In this document: one piece after another, positions 8,993 through 17,918 of the stretch
How positions within the stretch are numbered: position 1 is the first letter of the stretch
Layout: every line of letters starts with the position of its first letter
DNA from: Candidatus Poribacteria bacterium WGA-3G
GTDB taxonomy: Bacteria > Poribacteria > WGA-4E > WGA-3G
Length of the DNA: 64,000 bases
Assembly (NCBI GenBank): GCA_000406005.1
Contig: ASZN01000015.1
Coordinates: 15,542 to 79,541, forward strand
Direction: 5' to 3'
The notes under the pieces: generated by a model
Seen by the model: only the letters and a program-made list of their open reading frames with translations
Told to the model about the DNA's origin: nothing
Database searches by the model: none
Program-made: the position numbers and the translations under genes

Positions 8993-9269
8993 AAATTACG
9001 GAAATCGATATCAAAAACTTCAAAGCCTTCTGCGGTACCTACCATATTGACCTGCACAAGGCAGGAAAGAATCTGCTGGTTTATGGTGAAAACGGTAGTG
9101 GAAAAACTTCGTTATATCAGGCGTTGAAAAGATTTCTCGAATCCAGTGAAGATGCACACCAAGCCGTATCCTAAATCCCCTCAGCCATACGACGATTACA
9201 AATATACCAAAGAAAGAAATTGAGGATGCCATCGAAGCGGTAGCGCGTCTTAAAACTGTGCTGCAGTAG
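8989..9269 (+). pseudogene. Internally deleted RloC-like ABC-ATPase-HEPN gene
   Basis: 5' part MKITEIDIKNFKAF...LLVYGENGSGKTS (Walker A) stops at 9174. A second frame, 9165-9269, reads RILNPLSHTTITNIPKKEIEDAIEAVARLKTVLQ-stop (HEPN-type Rx6H plus terminal helix). Confidence 0.75.
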
Positions 9270-9340
9270 GACGAACGCTGTACCTTGCAATTAACGACGC
9301 AATACGGTATAATTCAATTCCATAAGGAGGATGCAACATA

Positions 9341-9910
9341 ATGGATGTTAAAGACGCGATTCTTACACGACGTACTATTTTCAAGTTCAAACCAGAACCC
9401 GTCCCGAACGATGTTATCGAACAGGTCTTCAGTTTCGGGATATGGGCACCCAATCACCATGTCACAGAACCGTGGCGTTTCACTGTGATTGGCAAGGAGA
9501 CAAAGTTAATCCTTGCAGACCGCTACCGCGAAATCAAGATGGAGGATACCCCCGACCACGTTGATGCCGAGAATCTCGCCAAAATCGGTGAGCTCGCTTA
9601 CGAGAAATTCATGTCGAAGCCGACGATTATTGCTGTTTCGTGCTTACAAGAAGGCGATGAACAACGCCAACGCGAAGATTATGCCGCCGCTTGTTGTGCG
9701 ATGCAGAACGTCCAACTCGCCGCATGGGATGCTGGCGTCGGGATGCAATGGAGCACCGGCAGAATCACAATGGAAGAACAGACCTACCAGTTGTTAGGCA
9801 TTGACTCAGCACAAGAGTATATCATCGGCTTCTTCTACACGGGTTACCCCGCCGACATCGCGCAACCGAAACGGCAACCAGCAGTTGAGTTTATTCGCTG
9901 GGTCGCATAA
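9341..9910 (+). CDS. Nitroreductase family protein
   Basis: AILTRRTIFKF, WAPNHHVTEPWRFTVI, AACCAMQNVQLAAW..GVGMQWST. RBS AAGGAGG. Confidence 0.9.
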   Translation: MDVKDAILTRRTIFKFKPEPVPNDVIEQVFSFGIWAPNHHVTEPWRFTVIGKETKLILADRYREIKMEDTPDHVDAENLAKIGELAYEKFMSKPTIIAVSCLQEGDEQRQREDYAAACCAMQNVQLAAWDAGVGMQWSTGRITMEEQTYQLLGIDSAQEYIIGFFYTGYPADIAQPKRQPAVEFIRWVA

Positions 9911-9998
9911 TGTGTTACCTCAGCGATTTTTCAATGAGACCCCCAGAGTAGGGTATTAAGAAATAGGTTTATATAAAACAAGACTTAGAGGCATCTCT

Positions 9999-10442
9999 AT
10001 GGAAGAGGAAAACAGAGACCAACGGTCATCGATATTTACAGTTCGGAATGCTGAGAACGCGATGATCACGTTCACAATCCTAGCACTGTTCTGTTTTTTA
10101 GTAGTACTCTTTCATGAGATGTTGATCAAAAGTCAAAGTTTTGTTGATGCACTTTACAGTGTTGCAAGGAATATCTCAAAAATCATGTCAGCAGCAACAA
10201 TGTTGACGATCTTTGAGGAGGCTATTGATATTATGTTTCAACGTATTAGAGATACTCTGAAAAAAGAAAGGGAGCTTAAAGCCCGGATTAGTGCCGAGGC
10301 CATGGAGGCAGGCAGAGCAGAAGGCAGAGCAGAGGTCTACCGAGAGGTCGCTGAATGGAATCAGCGTAGAATTGAGGCAGAGGCTCGTGGCGAGAAATTT
10401 ACGGAGCCGCCTCCCATCTCACCACAAGATTCCTCGGCATAG
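9999..10442 (+). CDS. Hypothetical small membrane protein with RAEG-repeat C-terminus
   Basis: Hydrophobic segment ITFTILALFCFLVVLF; C-terminus EAGRAEGRAEVYREVAEWNQRRIEAEARGEKFTEPPP. Confidence 0.65.
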   Translation: MEEENRDQRSSIFTVRNAENAMITFTILALFCFLVVLFHEMLIKSQSFVDALYSVARNISKIMSAATMLTIFEEAIDIMFQRIRDTLKKERELKARISAEAMEAGRAEGRAEVYREVAEWNQRRIEAEARGEKFTEPPPISPQDSSA

Positions 10443-10456
10443 TACTACAATCAGCG

Positions 10457-11293
10457 TTAAATGGATAATTTATACGCTGCCTTAGCATTCTGCCAGAAAT
10501 ACTTCGCCTTGACAGCATCGCCTTTCGCGCTGAAATAGTCGTCCACGATCTGTTGCACGACTTTATACGGTGCGAAACGTTCCGAAACGGGCCAGTTGCT
10601 CCCGTAGATAAGCCTATCCTCGCCAAACGCGTCCCATAAGACATCAATCGTTGGCGTGTAATAGGCGACATCCGTCGGTGCTGGCGTTTGTCCCGTATGT
10701 TCTGCCAATCCGGAAACCTTACAGTAGATGTTCGGATAGCGTGCCACTTCGTTAATAGCAGAAACCCACCCTGAATCTGGTGGAGCTTCTGATATACGTG
10801 CACCAGCAATATGGTTGATAACAATACGCATCTCTGGCGTATGTTCGACCAGTGTCGGTAAAAGTGATAAGGCATCAGGGTTAATCAGCAGGTCTAAGGT
10901 GAGTTCTTTCGCTGCCAGTTTTTCGATATTCGCCATGAAATTCGTGTCGCCGATGGCGCGTAGGTGTCCGCTTCCGAGGCGGATCCCGCGAAAAAGCGTA
11001 TTTGCTGCAAATCGGTTCAAGTGTTTTTCAAAATTCGCGTCGTCGGGTTCTAAATGTCCAACGAACCCGACAATAAACGGTTCATCTGCGGCGAGATCAA
11101 GAATCCACTGGTTATCTTCAAGCCATTTGCTCGCCTCAACGACAACAGTACCGGTCGCGCCTTCAGGGACTGCAAGTGTTTTATAGTCGTTCGGCATCAC
11201 CCGTCGGTAGAGCACCTCATCATTAGGGTTCGGCCACGGGACACCTTCAGGGCGCGTTGGATCGTAGAAATGCGTATGTGTATCTATAATCAT
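10457..11293 (-). CDS. Amidohydrolase family 2 protein (L-fuconolactonase-like)
   Basis: IIDTHTHFYD, VINHIAG, YCKVSGL, FGEDRLIYGSNWPVS. Confidence 0.9.
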   Translation of the reverse strand: MIIDTHTHFYDPTRPEGVPWPNPNDEVLYRRVMPNDYKTLAVPEGATGTVVVEASKWLEDNQWILDLAADEPFIVGFVGHLEPDDANFEKHLNRFAANTLFRGIRLGSGHLRAIGDTNFMANIEKLAAKELTLDLLINPDALSLLPTLVEHTPEMRIVINHIAGARISEAPPDSGWVSAINEVARYPNIYCKVSGLAEHTGQTPAPTDVAYYTPTIDVLWDAFGEDRLIYGSNWPVSERFAPYKVVQQIVDDYFSAKGDAVKAKYFWQNAKAAYKLSI

Positions 11294-11369
11294 TTTTTTA
11301 ACTATTGCCTCTTGCTATGCTCAGCACGTTGTGCTGAGCATCGGTTTCTGATTAAGTTGGGATGTATCC

Positions 11370-12215
11370 GTGAATAAGTACGTTCTCTTTCTTTTTAATC
11401 TCAAGCATTTTACCATAATGCTAACAGTGCTTTTAGTAAGCAGTCTGTTTGGATGTAAGTCTCCTGATCCGGTACAACAGCAGAAGCGCGAACTTCAACG
11501 TGACGCGTTAAAACTGCGGATGGGACAAGCACTCAACCCGACAGATGCAGAAGGGCATCTTCAACTCGGAAAAGTTTATCGTGAATTGGGCGAGTATGAA
11601 AAAGCGATAGAATCTTTCCAACATGCCCTCGCACTTGATGCAGAAAATGCACATGTCTATAACAATTTCGGTCTGGTTTACATGGATACCCGTTTGTTTG
11701 TGCTTGCGATTGAGATGTTCCAAGCTGCGTTGGAATTGTCGCCCGAAAATCCTGCATTCTTGAACAATCTCGGCTATGCATACAATATGACCGACCAGTT
11801 TGAAGAGGCACTCGCCGCTTATCGCAGTGCCATTGACTCGGACCCGACTTTTGTTGATGCCTATTACAACCTCGCCGATACCTACCTCAATCGCGAGATG
11901 TATCCGGAGGCTGTCCAGTATTACGAAGCAGCACTCGAAATCGAAGAAGGCGATGCCGACGCCGATATCTATTTTAACGCCGGACTCGCTTATGAGAAAA
12001 ACGGGCAATTCCTTCCTGCTATCCAAGCCTACGAAAAAGGATTATCGCTTGACGACAGCGATGCGGAGGCGTATTACCGTCTCGCACAGACATATAAGAA
12101 AAATGGCGATCTACTTATGATGCGTCGCTATCTCGAAACGTTTTTGGATCGGGCGCGCGGGCTGCCGCATCTTGAAGAACAGGTCCGCGAGGCAGAGCAG
12201 CTGTTTGACAAGTAG
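11370..12215 (+). CDS. TPR-repeat lipoprotein
   Basis: Lipobox-like SLFGC followed by about six TPR units. Confidence 0.85.
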   Translation: MNKYVLFLFNLKHFTIMLTVLLVSSLFGCKSPDPVQQQKRELQRDALKLRMGQALNPTDAEGHLQLGKVYRELGEYEKAIESFQHALALDAENAHVYNNFGLVYMDTRLFVLAIEMFQAALELSPENPAFLNNLGYAYNMTDQFEEALAAYRSAIDSDPTFVDAYYNLADTYLNREMYPEAVQYYEAALEIEEGDADADIYFNAGLAYEKNGQFLPAIQAYEKGLSLDDSDAEAYYRLAQTYKKNGDLLMMRRYLETFLDRARGLPHLEEQVREAEQLFDK

Positions 12216-13509
12216 CACGCTTTCTCAGGATTAGTAGAAATTCTGATTTCATCCCGTCTGGATTCTTATTCTTCCGCGCACCGAACAGTTTCCGCGTCTT
12301 AATCCGATCCTCATAGACCTTTTCAAACGTCCATCCGCGTTCCGTGAAATACTCCGCCAATATCCGCCACAATTCGACCATTATGCCGTCAATTCGAGGG
12401 TTACCGACGAAGATACACGCTGCGGCGTTCGGTTTCAATTGTACCATCGCGTTTTCGAGGGCATTGACCGTATGACAGAAATAGGAATCAAGCCGTTTGC
12501 AAAGGTCGTCCCGCGTGAGCATCTCCCTGACTTTATCCAACGTTTCGGTCTGGACTATCCGATCTGCCTTCCGATACGGGATTTCAAGCCGTGATAATTC
12601 TCGAACCTCTTCCTCGGTGTGTCCTAACCAGAACAGTTCCATCTTCGTGGAACGGATATACTCCTGCGCTTGGAGATATGGCGGCGATGTTATCAGCGCA
12701 TCGCATTCCCTCGGCACAGTAATATAGGACGAATCCACACCCCCTTGCCACTGTATTTCAGGTGTATTTTCGTTGTAATGTTGCTGTGTGTACATCACGA
12801 AATCCTTGAGACTTCTTAACGTCTTTAGCGAGAGACTGTGAACCATCTCATCTAACTGTTCTCTCCAATTCTCCTTAAGCAGCTCCGCTATAGCGTTCAA
12901 CTTACGTTTGGATCTCGCGAGTTTCGGTGTCCTGTCTTCTGTATTGGAGAAACGTTTGCTCGCCTTCAACAACGCAGCCTTAATAATGGAAGCAAAGACA
13001 TCGTCGTCCATGTTATTGACGAATCCCCAATAATATGATAAGACCTCTAAGATTTCGGGCGCGTACCAGTAATCGACGTTTGACCAATCGGGTATGAACC
13101 GGTGGTTGCTCTCTTGCATTGTCGCTAAACGTCTGAACAAATCCGCCTCGTTCAACGGTTTTTTCCCGCTATAAATTTTCAGCGGCATAATATGGTTCAG
13201 AAGTAGATTGAGATCGAAGAGAACAGCGTTGCGTTTGCACAAGTAAGCCTCAACACCTACTGTCCCAGACCCCGCGAACGGGTCAACAATCCAATCCGTT
13301 TCTTTTGTGTAGGTGTTAATCGCGTAACGGACGATTTGTGGAATAAATTTCGCAGGATAGGCAAAAACAGCGTGGGTCAAGTAGCCGGTATCGTCGATTT
13401 CAGGAACGAGGTCGCGAAAGGAGACCGATTCGACCCCTTCAGATGTCGTCTGCTCTGTTGGCGTTTCAAGCTCGGTATCTGTAGGAAAAAGCGTGAACTG
13501 TTCTTCCAT
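12115..13509 (-). CDS. Orphan DNA amino-methyltransferase, N4-cytosine type (motif I before motif IV)
   Basis: THAVFAYPAKF, DPFAGSGT (motif I), LITSPPY (motif IV, SPPY). Likely start ATG 13509. The frame runs 101 nt into the convergent TPR gene. Confidence 0.8.
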   Translation of the reverse strand: MEEQFTLFPTDTELETPTEQTTSEGVESVSFRDLVPEIDDTGYLTHAVFAYPAKFIPQIVRYAINTYTKETDWIVDPFAGSGTVGVEAYLCKRNAVLFDLNLLLNHIMPLKIYSGKKPLNEADLFRRLATMQESNHRFIPDWSNVDYWYAPEILEVLSYYWGFVNNMDDDVFASIIKAALLKASKRFSNTEDRTPKLARSKRKLNAIAELLKENWREQLDEMVHSLSLKTLRSLKDFVMYTQQHYNENTPEIQWQGGVDSSYITVPRECDALITSPPYLQAQEYIRSTKMELFWLGHTEEEVRELSRLEIPYRKADRIVQTETLDKVREMLTRDDLCKRLDSYFCHTVNALENAMVQLKPNAAACIFVGNPRIDGIMVELWRILAEYFTERGWTFEKVYEDRIKTRKLFGARKNKNPDGMKSEFLLILRKRATCQTAALPRGPVLQDAAARAPDPKTFRDSDAS

Positions 13510-13554
13510 AGGACTTACGCACCCTCCCTTGCAGGCATAGAACTTACGCACCCT
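13509..13554. repeat. Two direct copies of the TAG(G/A)ACTTACGCACCCTC repeat
   Basis: TAGGACTTACGCA at 13509-13521 and TAGAACTTACGCA at 13538-13550, period 29 bp. Same 13-mer as the TIR at 30547-30661 and the half-site at 52014-52026. Confidence 0.8.
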
Positions 13555-13560
13555 CAAAGG

Positions 13561-14787
13561 CTATTGTTGTCCTTCTCCCACTTCTACTGCGTTTTCTATC
13601 TCTTCTTCCGTGAGTTGGAAGTCGAACACCTCTTCTCCTTCTTCAACTGCTTCCGTGTCCGGTGTTGCGGCACCTTGAATCTGCTCTGAGGGTTGTGCAG
13701 TCTCTTGTACGGCTGCTTCTGTCGTTTCAAGTTTCTTTGCAGTACCACCGAGGATCGTCAAGACCACAATGCCGATGACGCAGACACTCGTGACCGTCAG
13801 CGCAATCGGACGTTTCCAGAGGACAGCACGTTCGCTTCTATCTAAGAACGGAAGGAATAAGAGTAGCAACATGCCGACAGTCGGGATCACAAACGTCCCG
13901 AGAATTTCAAAGGGGCCTTGGAAATATTTCAGCAGTTGGAACAGGAACAGGAAATACCATTCCGGGCGCGGATCGTAATCGGCATTCGTCGGGTCGGCGA
14001 CATCTTCGAGCGGAACAGGGACGAACAACGCAACCGCAGCGAGGGCAACGAACAGAATTAACATACCGACGACATCTTCAAATACCTGATCCGGATAGAA
14101 CGGTTTTCCGGTTTTCATCTCCTCCGGTGTGTTCTCCGGTTTCCCTGAAGACCCGTAGTATCGGACAAAAAAGAGGTGCACACCGACCAATCCGAAGGCT
14201 AACCACGGGAGCCAAATTGTGTGGAGCGCGTAAAACCTCGCCAACGTCACCGCACCTATTTCCGAACCACCGCGCATCACCTTAGCGACAAAATCGCCTA
14301 ATACGGGTGCAGTGCTGGAGATTTCCACACCGACAACTGTTGCCCAATACGCCTTTTCATCCCACGGAAGCAGGTAACCTGTGAACCCGAAACCGAGTAC
14401 GACCAATAGCAGGAGAACGCCGAATATCCATGTCAGTTCCCGCGGTGCTTTGTATGAACTGTAGAGGACAACACGAAGCAGGTGCAAGACAACGATGATG
14501 ACCATCGCACTTGCACCCCAGTGGTGTAAACCGCGCACAAACGCACCGAACGGGACCTCTGTGCTGATATAGGTTACAGCGTTGTGTGCGTGTTCTGGGG
14601 AAGGCGAATAGTAGAACGCAAGAAACGCGCCTGTCACTGCTTGCAAGATAAGCAGGAACATCGCTAAACTACCAAGTGAAAAAAGCAGATTGATGTGTTT
14701 CGGCAGCGGTTTGCGTAGATGTGTGTCCAGTGCCTCTAACGGAAGACGCTCACTCAGAAATTGTTTTATCCCAGTGTAGCTCATCAA
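13561..14787 (-). CDS. qcrB: Cytochrome b of a Rieske/cytochrome b complex (fused b6 plus subunit IV type)
   Basis: Heme ligands RGLHHWGA, VLHLLRV, FYALHT, GVHLFF; GYLLPWD; KPFYPD; PEWY motif; acidic C-terminal tail. Confidence 0.92.
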   Translation of the reverse strand: MMSYTGIKQFLSERLPLEALDTHLRKPLPKHINLLFSLGSLAMFLLILQAVTGAFLAFYYSPSPEHAHNAVTYISTEVPFGAFVRGLHHWGASAMVIIVVLHLLRVVLYSSYKAPRELTWIFGVLLLLVVLGFGFTGYLLPWDEKAYWATVVGVEISSTAPVLGDFVAKVMRGGSEIGAVTLARFYALHTIWLPWLAFGLVGVHLFFVRYYGSSGKPENTPEEMKTGKPFYPDQVFEDVVGMLILFVALAAVALFVPVPLEDVADPTNADYDPRPEWYFLFLFQLLKYFQGPFEILGTFVIPTVGMLLLLFLPFLDRSERAVLWKRPIALTVTSVCVIGIVVLTILGGTAKKLETTEAAVQETAQPSEQIQGAATPDTEAVEEGEEVFDFQLTEEEIENAVEVGEGQQ

Positions 14788-15251
14788 GACTCCTTCACGT
14801 ATAAGATACCCGCTTCTACTTTGACTTCGAGTTTCTGCAGCGGTTCCGGCGGTGGACCAGCAACAACGGAACCCGTCTTATCGAATATCGCACCGTGGCA
14901 CGGACAGAGGAACGATTCCTGTTTTTCGTCCCAACGGACGAGGCAACCGAGGTGTGAACAGGTCCGAGAAAAGACGCTCCACTCCCCGTTGCCAACGTCG
15001 GTTACGTAAACAGAACGTTTTTTTCTCGCCTGAACCCAGCCGTCTTTTGCCGTAAAGGTATAATCCACCTTTTTGAACCGACTGTTTCTAAGCCGGTCTG
15101 CAAGACCCAAATCGACCCATTTCGATTCCCCTTTTTTGAAAGCGGGTGAAATCGCGAAGCCGATGAGCGGAATACCAGCAGCGAGACTTATGATTCCACC
15201 GATAAACGCCGTAGCAATTTCTAAAAATGAGCGTCTACCCCTCTTTTCCAT
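14784..15251 (-). CDS. qcrA: Rieske 2Fe-2S protein
   Basis: Tat-like RRSFL plus TM helix; CSHLGC and CPCHG boxes; GPPPEPL; 4-bp overlap with cytochrome b. Confidence 0.92.
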   Translation of the reverse strand: MEKRGRRSFLEIATAFIGGIISLAAGIPLIGFAISPAFKKGESKWVDLGLADRLRNSRFKKVDYTFTAKDGWVQARKKRSVYVTDVGNGEWSVFSRTCSHLGCLVRWDEKQESFLCPCHGAIFDKTGSVVAGPPPEPLQKLEVKVEAGILYVKES

Positions 15252-15262
15252 CTATTTTCTCC

Positions 15263-15346
15263 TTTTGCAGTTATCAGAGGAAAAGTCGCCTGTTGCCACA
15301 TCATACACCACATACTGATCCTACTGATAACTGAAAACTGAAAACT
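15263..15346. repeat. Heptamer-armed palindromic element (short left arm)
   Basis: Left CAGTTATCAG; right CTGATAACTGAAAACTGAAAACT (7-bp period). Confidence 0.6.
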
Positions 15347-15351
15347 ATAAA

Positions 15352-16416
15352 TTACCGTTTCCGCGTTTGTCCTTCAAACGGTGCACGGAGGTCGTAACGT
15401 CCCGCTTCTAAGACCGGCAGCGTGCCGTCGTTGACCATGAGTTCGAGTGGTAATTCCTTGGTTTCCATCGGCATGGTGACGACGTTCTTGATGCGCAAAG
15501 ATTCATAGATAGCCAGCATGATTTCAAGGGTATAACGGGCTTGCACACCACTGCCGCGATGGTCAGAGATGTCCCCTTCAATCCACTCAACGAGTTCCTG
15601 ATATTGGTTCTTCGGCTCCGGTGGCGGTGTAATGGTTTGCCATCCCTGCGCGTCTCCGTTTTGGAGGAGAAGTGTTCCATCAGGACCGTTGCGAATTTGC
15701 CCTTCCGTGCCAGCGATTTTGGGCATTGAGACAGGCGGATCCGGCAAGTCGCCTTCATAGATACCGCGTGCACCGCCTTCAAAGCAGACTAACCCCATAC
15801 ACAGGTCTTCGCAGATCGTACGGCGTTCCCACCGGTCAGTCGTACGCGATGTCTGCCCGATTACCCACAAAGTTTCAGGATCGGACAAAGTAAATCGCCA
15901 ACCGTCGATTGCGTGCGTGCCTGTGTTGAGCAGCCCCGCGTGCTTTTTCGCGCTATGGTGGAGGGTTGTCGGTTCGCCAATTGCCCCCGCAGCGACGAGC
16001 CGGCGTGCCTCTATATTTGCTGCGGAATATCTGCCTTGGTGACCGATGATAAGTTTGACATCGTTCGCTTCGCAAGCGGCAAGCATAGCGTCGGCTTGTC
16101 CAAGTGAGGCAGCCATCGGCTTCTCACCGATAATCCCCTTCACGCCTGCCTTCGCCGCCGCGACGGTGGCTTCCGCCCGCGGTCCCTGCCATGTTGTGAT
16201 ACTGACGATGTCTAAATCCTCTTTTGCTAACATTTCATCAACGTCGGTATAAATGGCGGGAACATCGTATTCGTCCGAGACGCGTTGCGCTGCCTCTTCA
16301 AAGATGTCCATCGCTGCAACGACTTTCGCTCTGGGGTGGTTGCCCCATGATCTGGAATGGTTTCTGCCCATCCCACCACAACCGATGATTCCAACGCGAT
16401 ATGTCTGATCTGCCAT
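15352..16416 (-). CDS. Gfo/Idh/MocA family oxidoreductase
   Basis: RVGIIGCGGMG, IIGEKPMA, GTHAID. ATG 16416 follows AAGGAG. Confidence 0.9.
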   Translation of the reverse strand: MADQTYRVGIIGCGGMGRNHSRSWGNHPRAKVVAAMDIFEEAAQRVSDEYDVPAIYTDVDEMLAKEDLDIVSITTWQGPRAEATVAAAKAGVKGIIGEKPMAASLGQADAMLAACEANDVKLIIGHQGRYSAANIEARRLVAAGAIGEPTTLHHSAKKHAGLLNTGTHAIDGWRFTLSDPETLWVIGQTSRTTDRWERRTICEDLCMGLVCFEGGARGIYEGDLPDPPVSMPKIAGTEGQIRNGPDGTLLLQNGDAQGWQTITPPPEPKNQYQELVEWIEGDISDHRGSGVQARYTLEIMLAIYESLRIKNVVTMPMETKELPLELMVNDGTLPVLEAGRYDLRAPFEGQTRKR

Positions 16417-16615
16417 CTCTTTAGTCTCCTTATCTTGGCTTAACTTGCAAACCAACTGCCTAAAATCGTGTTGATTATTTTATCACTTCGGTCTATTTTT
16501 GTCAAATTTTCTGGAAATACGCTATATCGTTTTCCTTGACAAACCCTCGAAAACGTTGCAAACTATAGAGAGCGATATAGATTTGTAGATTACATCAAAA
16601 GAGAGGCATTTTAAT

Positions 16616-17713
16616 ATGGCTGGTTATGAAGATAAAGGTTCCGAGATTCGCGTGACAAACCTTGAGGCTTACCCGATGGGTGTGAAGGCGTACGTCAAAA
16701 TTGAGACCAACATGGACGTTACAGGGTGGGGTGAGATTAACAACATGGAGACCACTGTCACCTGTGCGTTGGCGCGTTCCCTATCCGAGATGATCATCGG
16801 CGAAAACCCGACACGGATTGAGCATCACTGGCAACGCCTGTTCCGTGCGCATCGCAATATCCGAGGCGGCGGATTGATGGTACATACCATCTCCGCAATT
16901 GATATGGCACTCTGGGATATTACCGGAAAACTCTGGGGTGTACCCGTGTATCGGCTCCTCGGAGGTCCCTGTCGCGACAAAATTTGGAAATATCCGAGTC
17001 CAAAAGCGATCAAAACGGGACCGGGAGGTTCTAAACCGTTTGCGGGCACCCCGGATGAGATTGCTGACATGGTTAAACGCGTGCATGATGCGCGGGAGAA
17101 GGTCGGTTCTGATGGCGCAGTGATGTTTGATGCACATAGTTGCCTACCGCCGCCTATCGTCAAACAATTCGCGAGTTACTTGAAGCCTGATGACCTACTT
17201 TTCCTTGAGGAAGCATGGGTGCCGGGCAATATTGAGGTGATGCGGAAAATCCGAGAATCCGTTCCCGTGCCGCTGGCAACTGGAGAGCGCGATCGCACAA
17301 TATGGGAGGTACGCGAGATCCTTGAGGCGCAAGTCATTGACATCCTTCAACCCGATTGTGGACACGGTGGCGGTATTACACAGGTCAAGAAAGTCGCAGC
17401 ACTCGCGGAAGCGCATCACGTGCCGATCGCACCGCACTGTACGATGTCCTACCTCGGCCTTACGGCGAGTTTTCACTTATCGGCGGCAGTACCGTTTTTC
17501 CTTATCCACGAAGGCTATGAGAACGTACTCCCAGACGGTGTTGCACACAAGACATGGGAGATGGACGAAGATGGCTACGTTTCGCTACCTGAGGGACCCG
17601 GTTTAGGTGTTGAGGTGGATGAGGCGAAAGTGATAGAAGTCGGACAGGATGCGAACAGACGCTTCACCTGGCCCAATAGCCGATTGGCAGATGGCTCCAT
17701 CGCCGATTATTAA
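16616..17713 (+). CDS. Mandelate racemase/muconate lactonizing enzyme family (galactonate dehydratase-like)
   Basis: ISAIDMALWDITGK..GVPVYRLLGG, MFDAH, FLEE, LATGER, ILQPD, IAPH, PGLGVEVDE. Confidence 0.9.
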   Translation: MAGYEDKGSEIRVTNLEAYPMGVKAYVKIETNMDVTGWGEINNMETTVTCALARSLSEMIIGENPTRIEHHWQRLFRAHRNIRGGGLMVHTISAIDMALWDITGKLWGVPVYRLLGGPCRDKIWKYPSPKAIKTGPGGSKPFAGTPDEIADMVKRVHDAREKVGSDGAVMFDAHSCLPPPIVKQFASYLKPDDLLFLEEAWVPGNIEVMRKIRESVPVPLATGERDRTIWEVREILEAQVIDILQPDCGHGGGITQVKKVAALAEAHHVPIAPHCTMSYLGLTASFHLSAAVPFFLIHEGYENVLPDGVAHKTWEMDEDGYVSLPEGPGLGVEVDEAKVIEVGQDANRRFTWPNSRLADGSIADY

Positions 17714-17728
17714 GATGGTGATCAAATT

Positions 17729-17752
17729 GTAGGCGCGCTCTGCAAGCGCGCC
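17729..17752 (+). repeat. GTAG-led hairpin, REP-like or terminator
   Basis: GTAGGCGCGCTCTGCAAGCGCGCC, just after the dehydratase stop codon. Confidence 0.55.
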
Positions 17753-17816
17753 ATCCGCTTTATATATACTTCCGTTTTTCCCAAAAAACAAAAATTTTGC
17801 ATAAAAATGCATTTTA

Positions 17817-17845
17817 TGCAACCTTTCACGCCTTAAAATACGACT
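17817..17845 (+). promoter_or_regulatory. ECF-type promoter, class 1 (TGCAACC-N17-CGACT)
   Basis: TGCAACCTTTCACGCCTTAAAATACGACT about 75 bp upstream of the ECF sigma start. Near-copies at 21674 and 29576. Confidence 0.65.
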
Positions 17846-17918
17846 TAACGCCATGAGGCAATTTCGACGAAGCTTGCAAACCGAAACATGCTATCAGATA
17901 ACTTTGGAGGGCGGTCTC

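Noticed and set aside
10325-10350. RAEG repeats as evidence of an Rpn/YhgA-type transposase
   Set aside because: Only the low-complexity tail is present; no PD-(D/E)xK domain.
13561-13640. Cytochrome b tail VFDFQLTEEEI resembling an aldo-keto reductase C-terminus
   Set aside because: Only ~11 residues in a low-complexity acidic tail; likely chance.
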